DNA of 32,000 nucleotides. Origin: Pseudomonas aeruginosa. Its GTDB lineage: Bacteria; Pseudomonadota; Gammaproteobacteria; Pseudomonadales; Pseudomonadaceae. Below are positions 1 through 8,324 of the stretch, in pieces. How positions within the stretch are numbered: position 1 is the first letter of the stretch; each line of letters begins with the position of its first letter. Where the stretch lies: assembly GCF_001457615.1 (NCBI RefSeq), contig NZ_LN831024.1, positions 2,550,001 through 2,582,000 on the forward strand. The letters run 5' to 3'. Below the pieces are notes generated by a model. It was not told the DNA's origin. It saw only the letters and a program-made list of their open reading frames with translations, and ran no database searches. Both the position numbers and the translations under genes were made by a program.

Positions 1-1011
1 GGCGCTCATGTTGGCGCGTACGCCATCGTCGTCCACCAGTACCAGGCGCGCGCCGCGCACGCTGGCGACATGGTCGGTTTCCTGAACCAGCTGGCCACCG
101 GGCGTGGAGCGGGAGCCAGGCAGGTGACCGGCTTCGTATTCCTCGGGCGTGCGTACGTCGAGCAGGTAGGTGGTGCGGTCGTGCTCGTCCTGCCATTGGG
201 CCAGACCGGCCAGGTCGAGGCGTTCGACGCCGGCGCGGTCGGCGACGGCACGGGCGCGCTGGGCGGCGGCCTTGCGAGTGTCCTGGGAGATCGCACCGAA
301 GCGTCGCGTCTGGCCGTGTTCCAGTTGCTGACCGGCCAGCGTCCAGCCGATGGTGCCGTTGCGTAATGCCGCCACCGGGTTGGGGATGCCGGCGTTGAGC
401 AGCGACTGGGTACCGATGATGCTACGAGTGCGCCCGGCACAGTTGACTATCACCCGGGTGCGCGGGTCCGGCGCCAGTTCGGCGACGCGCAGCACCAGTT
501 CGGCGCCGGGCACGCTGATGCCGCCGGGGATACTCATGGTCTGGTATTCGTCGAAACGACGGGCATCCAGGATCACCGCGTCGGCCCTGGCGTCGAGCAA
601 AGCCTGTACTTCCTCCGCGGCCAGCGATGGCGTGTGGCGCTCGGCCTCCACCAGTTCGCCGAAGGCCTTGCTCGGCACGTTCACATCCCTGAACAGCTCG
701 CCGCCGGCGTTGCGCCAACCGGACAGGCCGCCATCGAGCAAGGCCACGTCGCTGTAGCCGAGGTCGTGGAGGCGTTGCGCGGCGACCGGCGCCAGGCCTT
801 CGCCGTCGTCGTAGACGGTAATCGGCGTGTCGCGGCGCGGCACCCGGGCATGGATCTCCAGTTCCAGCCTGGACAGCGGCAGGTTGGCGGCGAACAGGGG
901 ATGGGCCTGGGCGAACGGGTCCTCCTCGCGCACGTCGAGCAGCGCCAGCTCCCGGCGGGCGAGGAGAGCGGCGCGGATATCGTGGAAGGTGCGTACGGCG
1001 ATCTGGCTCAT
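1..1011 (-). CDS. Multi-domain rhodanese-type sulfurtransferase (thiosulfate sulfurtransferase-like). Only the 5' part is present; the gene continues past the window start.
   Basis: The minus-strand frame is open from ATG 1011-1009 to position 1 (337 codons, no stop), which is why it is absent from the ORF track. My translation: MSQIAVRTFHDIRAALLARRELALLDVREEDPFAQAHPLF...VIVNCAGRTRSIIGTQ...LLDVRTPEEYEAGHLPGSRSTPGGQL. This gives repeated rhodanese-like modules and a CAGRTR catalytic-loop-like motif. The start overlaps the stop of the upstream dioxygenase gene (ATGA at 1008-1011). Listed ORFs 6..440(-), 422..1123(-) and 634..1065(+) are off-frame or antisense shadows. Confidence 0.8.
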   Translation of the reverse strand, partial: MSQIAVRTFHDIRAALLARRELALLDVREEDPFAQAHPLFAANLPLSRLELEIHARVPRRDTPITVYDDGEGLAPVAAQRLHDLGYSDVALLDGGLSGWRNAGGELFRDVNVPSKAFGELVEAERHTPSLAAEEVQALLDARADAVILDARRFDEYQTMSIPGGISVPGAELVLRVAELAPDPRTRVIVNCAGRTRSIIGTQSLLNAGIPNPVAALRNGTIGWTLAGQQLEHGQTRRFGAISQDTRKAAAQRARAVADRAGVERLDLAGLAQWQDEHDRTTYLLDVRTPEEYEAGHLPGSRSTPGGQLVQETDHVASVRGARLVLVDDDGVRANMSA

Positions 1012-1612
1012 GCGGGGTTCTCTTTCGACAGGTCCCAGATATTGGGCAAGCGGCTGTTGGAATAGCTGGAAATGAAGGGTTTTTCCTCACCTTCGGCGCT
1101 GAACACGGCACGCCGTACCGCACCGATATTGGCGCCGTAGACGTGGATACTGATGGATGTTCGGTCGCTGAAGGCGTTGCTCACCTGGTGCACGTCGCCA
1201 ATGCGTGGCGACAGCGCTTCGACCTCGCCGGGCTCCAGGCGTCGACGGGCTCCGCTGGGATGCGGACGCCCCCCCGCATCGAAGGCGTACGGCTGCGAGT
1301 ATTCGGCCCGCGGAGCATGCCGATCAGGCCCCAGACCCGATGATCGTGTACCGGTGTGATCTGGCCCGGCCCCCAGACGAAGCTGACCACCGAGAAGCGC
1401 TGCCGTGAGTCGACATGCAGCAGGTACTGTTGGTAGCGCTGTGGATCGGGGCGGGCGCAGTCTTCCGGCAGCCAGTCGTCCTGGCGCACCAGCTCGGCCA
1501 GCAGGGGGTGGGCTTGGGCGAGCAGGGTGGATTCGTCGGGACGGCTGTCGAGCAGTGTCGCCAGCTCGCCGATGAACTGGCGCAGGCGGTCGAGGCGCAG
1601 GATGGATGACAT
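1008..1612 (-). pseudogene. Cysteine-dioxygenase-family (cupin, 3-His) thiol dioxygenase, resembling P. aeruginosa 3-mercaptopropionate dioxygenase. It is interrupted by a 1-nt frameshift in this sequence.
   Basis: Two minus-strand ORFs in different frames (1181..1678 and 1008..1193) together make one cupin protein. The upstream part reads ...FVWGPGQITPVHDHRVWGLIGMLRG (His-x-His). The downstream part reads ...GDVHQVSNAFSDRTSISIHVYGANIG (third His). The frame switches near plus 1304-1311. Adding one nt there gives ...GMLRGAEYSQPYAFDAGGRPHPSGARRRLEPGEVEALSPRIGDVHQVSN. The likely start is ATG 1612-1610 (MSSILRLDRLRQF), with GGAG about 11 nt upstream. Confidence 0.75.
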
Positions 1613-1670
1613 GCGGGGATTCACTCCGGGAAGTTCTGGCGGTACGGTAGCAAACGCTTTTTTATTCCTG

Positions 1671-1709
1671 AAATGCATTTTGAATCTAAGCTAATATGCG
1701 AGAAATGCA
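1671..1709. promoter_or_regulatory. Candidate LysR-type operator pair in the divergent dioxygenase/LysR promoter region
   Basis: There is a perfect 10-bp palindrome AAATGCATTT (1671-1680). There is also a T-N11-A dyad, ATGC-GAGAAAT-GCA (1696-1709), preceded by AAGCTAAT. GAAATGCA(T/A)TT occurs twice (1670-1680 and 1702-1712). All of this lies in the 112-bp gap between divergent start codons 1612 and 1725. Confidence 0.45.
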
Positions 1710-1724
1710 ATTGGTGCCGGCCCC

Positions 1725-2621
1725 ATGAAAATCGATGACATCGACGCCTTCGTCGCGGTGATCCGCAACGCTTCCCTGAGCCAGGCCGCCGAGAGCCTGG
1801 GCCTGACCCAGTCTGCGATCACCCGGCGGGTACAGAGCCTGGAGGAGTCCCTCGGAGTGGCATTGCTGGACCGCAATACCAAGCCGCTCAAACCCACCGC
1901 CAGCGGACTGCGGGTCTACGAACAGTGCCGGCGGGTGCTCCGCGAGGTGGATGGCCTGCGTGAACTGGTGGCCGGTGACGCCACACCAAGTGGCGTGCTG
2001 CGCCTGGGCGTGCCGCAGAGTATCGGCGAGGTGGTGTTGCTGGATGCCCTTCGGCGGCTGGCCGACGAGTACCCGGAGCTGCGCGCGCAGGTCGGCACTG
2101 GCTGGGGCAGCCATTTGCTGGCGCGCCTGGAGAATGCCGAACTGGACGCGGCAGTGGTGTTGTTTCCGCCAAGCAAGGTGTTCCCCGAAGAACTCGGCGC
2201 CACGCCCCTAGGGCGCATGGAACTCTGCGTGGTGGTCGCCCGCGACAGTGCCATCCAGGCGCGACGCCTGCTCGATTGCTACCACCATGGCTGGGTGCTC
2301 AACCCCGATGGCTGCGGCTTCCGTGCCGGCCTGCAACGGGCCCTGGCCGATCAGGGCCTGGGCCTGCAACTGAACCTCGAGACTTTCGGCAGCGAGCTGC
2401 AACTGGGCCTGGTCGCCGCGGGCCGGGGTCTCGGCCTGGTGCCGGCGCCGGCCCTGGCGCGTAGCCGCTACCGCGATCAGTTGCAGGTGCTGCAACTGGA
2501 GGATTTCCAGCCGCTGATCCAGCTCTGGCTGGTGCGTCCGCGCCTGCTGGGCAATCTGGAGACGCCGGCACGGCTGTTCGGCAGGGCGGTGGCCGAGGGG
2601 TTGGATATGCAAGCCGGTTGA
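1725..2621 (+). CDS. LysR-family transcriptional regulator
   Basis: 298-aa ORF. The N-terminal wHTH reads MKIDDIDAFVAVIRNASLSQAAESLGLTQSAITRRVQSLEESLGVALLDR, followed by a LysR substrate-binding-type C-terminal region. The gene is divergent from the dioxygenase-rhodanese pair, a typical LysR arrangement. Confidence 0.92.
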   Translation: MKIDDIDAFVAVIRNASLSQAAESLGLTQSAITRRVQSLEESLGVALLDRNTKPLKPTASGLRVYEQCRRVLREVDGLRELVAGDATPSGVLRLGVPQSIGEVVLLDALRRLADEYPELRAQVGTGWGSHLLARLENAELDAAVVLFPPSKVFPEELGATPLGRMELCVVVARDSAIQARRLLDCYHHGWVLNPDGCGFRAGLQRALADQGLGLQLNLETFGSELQLGLVAAGRGLGLVPAPALARSRYRDQLQVLQLEDFQPLIQLWLVRPRLLGNLETPARLFGRAVAEGLDMQAG

Positions 2622-2665
2622 GTAGCGGCGCCGGGAGATCCCCGGGAGACGGGAGCGTGAATGAG

Positions 2666-2710
2666 AAGGGGCTGCAGTCGGGATCAACATTCCCCTGCGA
2701 GCCCCTTTTC
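2666..2710 (+). terminator. Rho-independent terminator candidate downstream of the LysR gene
   Basis: The outer stem is AAGGGGCT (2666-2673) / AGCCCCTT (2700-2707). Inner pairs are GCAG/CTGC and GGGA/TCCC. The structure is followed by TTTTCGCTTC. Confidence 0.55.
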
Positions 2711-2778
2711 GCTTCAGAGGGAAGAGGGAGCGAGGGCGGCTACGCATAATGTCCGCCTTGGGAAACGCAAAGACGGAA

Positions 2779-2805
2779 AAGCTAAATATGCGCGTTTAGC
2801 ATATT
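2779..2805. promoter_or_regulatory. Candidate LysR/CysB-type operator upstream of the monooxygenase/binding-protein cluster
   Basis: AAGCTAAATATGCGCGTTTAGCATATT contains a T-N11-A dyad, ATGC-GCGTTTA-GCAT (2788-2802), interleaved with GCTAAA-N8-TTTAGC. It shares the string AAGCTAA(A)TATGCG with the site at 1688-1700. It lies in an AT-rich island about 140 bp upstream of the GTG at 2940. Confidence 0.45.
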
Positions 2806-2939
2806 AAGATATGACAAAAATGAATTTCCATCATGTAGTTTCAGCCTGTAGCTTCTAAGAAAAGCACCCATGCAGATGTTTTTCTTATAACGACAGCCGC
2901 CAACCTTATCAGTCGAGCGGCCCAGGCGAGGGCAACAGC

Positions 2940-4028
2940 GTGAGCGTGGAAATTCTCGGCATGATCACCGCCACACCGAGTTCCGAGGTGGACCAGCCGT
3001 TGGGGGAGGCTGTGGACGCCGGTTTCGTCCGGCGTTTCGCCCAGGCCCATGAGGACGCCGGCTTCGACCGGGTGCTGGTGGGGTATTTCAGCAATGCCGC
3101 CGAGGGCGCGGTGGTCAGTTCCTTCGTCGCCGCTGCCACCCGGCGCCTTGGCGTTCTCCTGGCCTATCGCCCGGGGGTGATCGCAGCGCCGCTGGCGGCA
3201 CGCCAACTGGCTACCCTGGATCAGTTCAGCGAGGGCCGCCTGGCCCTGAACGTAGTCAGTGGTGGTAACGACGAGGACCTCGCGCGCGATGGCGACTACC
3301 TCGACCATGACCGCCGCTACGCCCGTACCGACGAATACCTGCAAGCCCTGCGTGCTATCTGGACCGCCACGGGACCGGTGGATTTCGACGGCGAGTTCTA
3401 CCGCTTCCAGGGCGCCTCGCCAGCGGTGCGCCCGCGCCAGTCGCCGCACATACCGATCTATTTCAGTGGCTCCTCCGACGCAGCCATCGAGGTCGCCGCC
3501 AGGCACGCCGACACCTACATGCTCTGGGGCGAGCCGCTGGCCGCGGTCGACGGGCATATCCGCCGAGTGCGCGCCGCCGCCAAGGCCCAGGGACGCGATC
3601 CGCGCTTCTCGGTGTCATTCCGGCCGATCGTCGCGGATACCGAGGAGGCCGCCTGGAAGCGTGCCGCCGAGGTGCTCGAACAGGTCCGCGAGAACCGTGC
3701 GCGCCTCGGTCTGCCGCTGCGCGACCACCAGCCGCAGAACGTCGGTTCGCAGCGCCTGCTGGCCGCTGCCGAGCAGGGCGAAGTGCTCGACAGCCGTTTG
3801 TGGACCGGCGTGGCCCGGCTGACCGGGGCGCGCTGGAACTCCACCGCCCTGGTAGGCACCCCCGAGCAGGTTGCCGCTGCGCTTGGCGAGTACTACCGGC
3901 TGGGCGTCTCGACCTTCCTGATTCGAGGCTTCGATCCGCTCGGCGACGCCGTGCGCTACGGCCAGGGCCTGATTCCCGCCATACATGACCATATCGCCCG
4001 CCTGCCGCTGTTGCGGCACGCCGGTTGA
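2940..4028 (+). CDS. SsuD-family luciferase-like FMNH2-dependent monooxygenase (alkanesulfonate-monooxygenase-like), copy 1
   Basis: 362-aa ORF with a GTG start and GAGG 9 nt upstream. The N-terminus MSVEILGMI parallels paralog MSIQFLGMI. Blocks match SsuD as I remember it: LDHDRRYARTDEY, IYFSGSSDAAIEVAARHADTYMLWGEP, STALVGTPEQVAAALGEYYRLGVSTFLIRGFDP. Confidence 0.88.
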   Translation: MSVEILGMITATPSSEVDQPLGEAVDAGFVRRFAQAHEDAGFDRVLVGYFSNAAEGAVVSSFVAAATRRLGVLLAYRPGVIAAPLAARQLATLDQFSEGRLALNVVSGGNDEDLARDGDYLDHDRRYARTDEYLQALRAIWTATGPVDFDGEFYRFQGASPAVRPRQSPHIPIYFSGSSDAAIEVAARHADTYMLWGEPLAAVDGHIRRVRAAAKAQGRDPRFSVSFRPIVADTEEAAWKRAAEVLEQVRENRARLGLPLRDHQPQNVGSQRLLAAAEQGEVLDSRLWTGVARLTGARWNSTALVGTPEQVAAALGEYYRLGVSTFLIRGFDPLGDAVRYGQGLIPAIHDHIARLPLLRHAG

Positions 4029-4037
4029 GGAGCTCCG

Positions 4038-4982
4038 ATGAAACTCAAGCAATACCTGCTAACCAGCTTCGCCACGCTTCTGCTCGGTGCCTCCCTGGCC
4101 CAGGCCGCAGAGCTGCCGACGTTGCGTGTGGGCGACCAGAACTACTACAACGTGCGGGCTTCCATGGAGGCCTCGGGAGTTCTCGAAGGCGCGCCTTACC
4201 AGGTCGAATGGAAGCATTTCCAGTCCGCCGCGCCGGTGGCCGAAGGGTTGCAGGCCGGAGCGCTGGACCTGGGTTTCCTCGGCGACTCGGGCTTCATCTT
4301 CCTCGCCGCCAAGGGTGCGCCGGTGAAGCTGGTCGGCGTCTCGCGGCAGAACCCCGATACCATAGCCCTGCTGGTGCCGAAGGATTCTCCGGTGCGCAGC
4401 ATTGCCGATCTCAAGGGCAGGAAAGTCGCCTACTGGCCCGGTGCCTGGAGCCAGCAACTGACCTTGCGCGCGCTGGAGAAAGCCGGCCTGCCGAAGGACT
4501 ACGTGGAGTTCGTCAAGCTGATGCCGATCGACGCCGCCGCCGCCTTGCCGCGCGGCAGCATCGATGCCTTTCCGGTGTGGGAGCCGTATATCTCGCAGCA
4601 GATCGTGGTTTCCGGCGCACGGCCGATTCTCACCGCACGCGACCTGATGCCGGGGCTGTCCAGCATCGCCGCCAACGCTGCTTCCATCGAGCCCAGGCGC
4701 GCGCAGATCGCCGACTTCCTCGGCCGCCTGCGCAAGGCACGGGCCTGGGTCGAGGCACACAAGGAGCAGTACGCCGACCTCTGGGCGCAGAAGGCCAATC
4801 TCGACCGGGCAGTCTCCCGCCATTGGATCGGCCAGGCCGGCATGAGCGTCGGCCCGGTAGACGCCCAGGCCGCCACCGACTACCAGGAGACCGCGGATTT
4901 CCTGCTGCAGACCGGTGCCTTGCCCAAGCCGTTCGACACTTCCACGGTGATCGACACGTCCTTCAACGAAGCCTTCCACTGA
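4038..4982 (+). CDS. Periplasmic substrate-binding protein, SsuA/TauA/NMT1 (aliphatic sulfonate-type) family, copy 1
   Basis: 314-aa ORF with GAGGAG upstream. Signal peptide MKLKQYLLTSFATLLLGASLAQA. Family blocks include GALDLGFLGDSG, DLKGRKVAY and SIDAFPVWEPY. Confidence 0.88.
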   Translation: MKLKQYLLTSFATLLLGASLAQAAELPTLRVGDQNYYNVRASMEASGVLEGAPYQVEWKHFQSAAPVAEGLQAGALDLGFLGDSGFIFLAAKGAPVKLVGVSRQNPDTIALLVPKDSPVRSIADLKGRKVAYWPGAWSQQLTLRALEKAGLPKDYVEFVKLMPIDAAAALPRGSIDAFPVWEPYISQQIVVSGARPILTARDLMPGLSSIAANAASIEPRRAQIADFLGRLRKARAWVEAHKEQYADLWAQKANLDRAVSRHWIGQAGMSVGPVDAQAATDYQETADFLLQTGALPKPFDTSTVIDTSFNEAFH

Positions 4983-4991
4983 GTACGGACC

Positions 4992-6074
4992 ATGAGCATC
5001 CAGTTTCTCGGCATGATCGGCCATCGCCTGGCCTCGGAGACCCTCGCGCCGGTCGGACCTATCCTCGACAAGCCTTACATCGCCGCTTTCGCACGCGCCC
5101 ACGAAGAGGCCGGCTTCGATCGAATCCTGGTCGGCTACTGGTCGGACCAGCCGGATGGATTCCTGGTGGCCGCCGCCGCTGGCCTGGCCACTTCCCGGAT
5201 CGGTCTGCTGCTGGCGCACCGCCCCGGTTTCGTCGCCCCGACCCTGGCCGCGCGCAAGCTGGCGACCCTCGAACACCTCCTCGACGGGCGCCTGGCGGTG
5301 CATATCATCAGCGGCGGCAGCGACGCCGACCAGCGCAAGGACGGCGATTATCTCGACCACGACCAGCGCTATGCCCGCAGCGACGAATTCATCGAACTGC
5401 TCAAGCGCACCTGGACCAGCACCGAACCCTTCGATTTCCACGGCGCGCACTACCGCGTGGAGCACGCCTTCTCGGCCATCCGTCCGCAGCAGAAACCGCA
5501 CATTCCGGTGTATTTCGGCGGCTCCTCGGAAGCCGCGCTGAAGGTCGCCGGCAAGCAGGCCGATGTGTTCATGCTCTGGGGCGAACCCCTGGCACAGGCC
5601 GCCGAAACCATCTCCGCTGTGCGCGAACAGGCGCGCTCGAATGGTCGCGAAGTGGAATTCAGCCTGTCGTTCCGGCCCATCCTCGGGCGCACGGAGGACG
5701 AGGCCTGGGCCAAGGCCGAGGCGATACGCGCAAGCGCCGGCGCGCGCCTGGGCGAGGCCGGCTTCCCCAAGGGCAAGCCGCAGAGCGTCGGCGCCCAGCG
5801 TCTGCTCAAGGCGGTGGAGCAGGGCGAGCGCCTCGACGAGCGCCTTTGGACCGGAATCGCCAGGCTGGTCGGTGGCGGGCACAACTCCACCGCCCTGGTT
5901 GGTACCGCGGAACAGGTGGCCGACGCCCTGCTCGCCTACTACGACCTGGGCGTGCGCAATATCCTCATTCGCGGTTTCGATCCCCTCGCCGATGCCGTGG
6001 AATATGGCCGCGAGCTGATCCCGCTGACCCGCGCCAAAGTCGCCGAGCGCGAGCGCCGGCGCGCCACGGCCTGA
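4992..6074 (+). CDS. SsuD-family luciferase-like FMNH2-dependent monooxygenase, copy 2 (paralog of 2940..4028)
   Basis: 360-aa ORF, collinear by eye with copy 1 along its whole length. Examples: AHEEAGFDRILVGY, DGDYLDHDQRYARSDEF, VYFGGSSEAALKVAGKQADVFMLWGEP, STALVGTAEQVADALLAYYDLGVRNILIRGFDP. Confidence 0.88.
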   Translation: MSIQFLGMIGHRLASETLAPVGPILDKPYIAAFARAHEEAGFDRILVGYWSDQPDGFLVAAAAGLATSRIGLLLAHRPGFVAPTLAARKLATLEHLLDGRLAVHIISGGSDADQRKDGDYLDHDQRYARSDEFIELLKRTWTSTEPFDFHGAHYRVEHAFSAIRPQQKPHIPVYFGGSSEAALKVAGKQADVFMLWGEPLAQAAETISAVREQARSNGREVEFSLSFRPILGRTEDEAWAKAEAIRASAGARLGEAGFPKGKPQSVGAQRLLKAVEQGERLDERLWTGIARLVGGGHNSTALVGTAEQVADALLAYYDLGVRNILIRGFDPLADAVEYGRELIPLTRAKVAERERRRATA

Positions 6075-6078
6075 TCCC

Positions 6079-7230
6079 ATGGCCGTCCTGCAGACTCCCT
6101 CGGCGGCGTTCGATGAACGGCTGCCAGAACTGACCCGGCAACTGGCGGAAAGCGCCGATGCCCATGACCGCAGCGGAGATTTTCCCCATGCCAACCTGGC
6201 CCTGCTGCGACACCACGGGCTGCTCGCCCTGGCCTTGCCGCCTGCGCTCGGCGGTCCCGGCGCCAGCCTCGGCGAGCTGCGCCGGGTAATCGGCGCGGTG
6301 GCTCGCGGCGAACCCTCCACGGCCCTGGTGCTGTGCATGCAGTACCTGCATTTGCGGCGCCTGGCCGATAACCCCGATTGGCCCGGCGCGCTCAAGCGGC
6401 GCGTGGCGCGCGAGGTGCTGGAGCAGGGGGCGTTGATCAATAGCCTGCGCGTGGAGCCCGAGCTGGGTTCGCCGTCACGCGGCGGTCTGCCGGGTACGCT
6501 GGCGCGGCGTGTCGGCGACGGCTGGCAGCTGTCCGGGCACAAGCTCTACACCACCGGCATTCCCGGCCTGACCTGGCTGGCGGTATGGGCGCGCAGCGAC
6601 GAGCCGATCCCCCGCGTGGGTACCTGGCTGGTGCGCCGCGACAGCCCAGGCATCCGTATCGTGGAGAGCTGGGACCATCTGGGCATGCGCGCCAGCGGCA
6701 GCCACGAGGTGCTCTTCGAAGAGGTGGCGGTGCCTCTGGAAAACGCCATCGGCCTGCATCCCCACGACCAGCCTCCGGCGCCGGACCAGGCCGTGCTGCG
6801 CGACTTCGCCCAGGCTAGCGCGGTGTTGCTCGGCGCTCTCTACGACGGTATCGCCGGGAGCGCCCGCGAGTGGCTCGTCGGCTGGCTGCGCGAGCGCGTG
6901 CCGGCCAGTCTCGGCGCGCCGTTGGCGAGCCTGCCGAGGATGCAGGAGGCGCTCGGCGAGATCGACGGCCTGCTCCTGCAGAACCGCCTGCTGCTCGATG
7001 CCGCGTGCTGCGGACAGTTGCCCGCCAGCGACTCCGGGCTGCTCAAGGTCGCGGTCATCGACAACGCGTTGGCGGTGGTCGAGAAGGCCCTGGAACTGAG
7101 CGGCAACCACGGCCTCAGCCGGCACAATCCGCTACAGCGGCACTACCGCGACGTGCTTTGCGGACGTGTCCACACGCCACAGAAAGATAGCGTCTGGAGC
7201 GCGGCGGGGAGGGCGGCGCTGAGTCTTTGA
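6079..7230 (+). CDS. Acyl-CoA-dehydrogenase-fold flavin monooxygenase (SfnB/DszC-like)
   Basis: 383-aa ORF starting 4 nt after the preceding stop. ACAD-like middle and C-terminal signatures: WQLSGHKLYTTG, WDHLGMRASGSHEVLFEEVAVP, ALELSGNHGLSRHNPLQRHYRDVLCGRVHTP. Confidence 0.8.
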   Translation: MAVLQTPSAAFDERLPELTRQLAESADAHDRSGDFPHANLALLRHHGLLALALPPALGGPGASLGELRRVIGAVARGEPSTALVLCMQYLHLRRLADNPDWPGALKRRVAREVLEQGALINSLRVEPELGSPSRGGLPGTLARRVGDGWQLSGHKLYTTGIPGLTWLAVWARSDEPIPRVGTWLVRRDSPGIRIVESWDHLGMRASGSHEVLFEEVAVPLENAIGLHPHDQPPAPDQAVLRDFAQASAVLLGALYDGIAGSAREWLVGWLRERVPASLGAPLASLPRMQEALGEIDGLLLQNRLLLDAACCGQLPASDSGLLKVAVIDNALAVVEKALELSGNHGLSRHNPLQRHYRDVLCGRVHTPQKDSVWSAAGRAALSL

Positions 7231-7286
7231 AACGTACCTCCCACGATTCTCGACCCTGGCCTTGTCGGCGACCGCACCGGCGGAAC

Positions 7287-7305
7287 GGATAGCCCAGGAT
7301 AGCCC
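7287..7305. repeat. Tandem direct repeat GGATAGCCC-A-GGATAGCCC in an intergenic gap
   Basis: Read directly from the sequence. It is followed by the palindrome GCTCCG-TG-CGGAGC (7308-7321), just upstream of the RBS and start of the next binding-protein gene. Confidence 0.7.
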
Positions 7306-7337
7306 CGGCTCCGTGCGGAGCTGCCTGGAGATTGCCC

Positions 7338-8324
7338 ATGAAACGACCCCTGTGTGTGCTTGCCGGCCTGCTGGCCGCGACCTTGCTGGCTGGAGCCGCC
7401 AGCGCCGCCGACCTCATCAGCCTGCGCCTGGGCGATGTGAAGGGCGACCGCTACGCCGCCCTGCGCGCGTCCGGCGAGCTCGACGACCTGCCGTACAAGC
7501 TGGAAATGTCGGCGTTCCCCTCCGGTGCACCGGTGCTCGAGGCGCTCAACGCCGGGGCCCTGGACATAGGCTTTACCGGCGACATCCCGTTCCTCTTCGT
7601 CTACGCTGCCGGCGCGCCGCTCAAGGCGGTGGGCGCCTGGCACTTCAACCCGGCGACCGTGGCGCTGGTGGTCGGCAAGGACTCGCCGATCCGTTCGGTG
7701 GCCGGCCTCAAGGGCAAGCGCATTGCCGTCAATCGCGGCGGCTGGGGGCATTTCCTCGCCCTTGGCGCGTTGCGTCGCGCCGGCCTCGGACCGCAGGACG
7801 TAAGCTTTTCCTTCCTTGGTCCGGTGGACGGCCGCGCCGCCCTGGTGCGCGGCTCGGTAGACGCCTGGGTGCCCTGGGAGCCCTATACCTCCAGCGCCGT
7901 GCTGCTCGATCAGGCGCGGGTCATCGACAACGGTGCCGGGATCATGACCGGCTACTCCTATGCCCTGGCCAGCGACGCTGCGATCGCCCGCAAGAAGGCC
8001 GCGATCAGCGACCTGCTGACCCGCCTGGCGCGTGCCCAGGCCTGGGCCCTGAGGCATCCGGAGGCGTTCGCCGAGGCCCTGGCCAAGGATCTGAACATGC
8101 CGCGCGAAGTCACTCGGCGCTGGGTTGGCGAGGCGCGCATCAGTCCTGTGGTCTTCGGTCCGGAGGTTGCCGCCACCCTGCAGACCGCCGCCGATTTCTT
8201 CCATGCCGAAGGCGTGCTGCCGAAGTCGCTGGAGGTCGCCCCGGCGTTCGACTTCAGCCTGTCCGCCGGTGCCGCCGAAGTGGCCCGCCAGTTGCCCGCC
8301 GACCTCCGCGTCGGCCAGCGTTGA
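7338..8324 (+). CDS. Periplasmic substrate-binding protein, SsuA/TauA family, copy 2
   Basis: ORF 7332..8324 begins at a TTG. ATG 7338, with GGAG 7 nt upstream, gives MKRPLCVLAGLLAATLLAGAASA (signal peptide). Family blocks: GALDIGFTGDIP, GLKGKRIAV, SVDAWVPWEPY. Confidence 0.87.
   Translation: MKRPLCVLAGLLAATLLAGAASAADLISLRLGDVKGDRYAALRASGELDDLPYKLEMSAFPSGAPVLEALNAGALDIGFTGDIPFLFVYAAGAPLKAVGAWHFNPATVALVVGKDSPIRSVAGLKGKRIAVNRGGWGHFLALGALRRAGLGPQDVSFSFLGPVDGRAALVRGSVDAWVPWEPYTSSAVLLDQARVIDNGAGIMTGYSYALASDAAIARKKAAISDLLTRLARAQAWALRHPEAFAEALAKDLNMPREVTRRWVGEARISPVVFGPEVAATLQTAADFFHAEGVLPKSLEVAPAFDFSLSAGAAEVARQLPADLRVGQR

Noticed and set aside
4025-6133. 702-aa plus-strand ORF
   Set aside because: It is an off-frame overlap of the binding-protein and monooxygenase genes. 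The translation is extremely Arg/Pro/Gly-rich, and no SD or domain is evident.
4059-6542. 827-aa ORF on the minus strand spanning three genes
   Set aside because: It is antisense to three well-supported plus-strand genes that have clear family motifs. The product is Arg/Gly/Ala/Pro-rich with no motifs. This is a typical stop-codon-poor shadow ORF in high-GC DNA.
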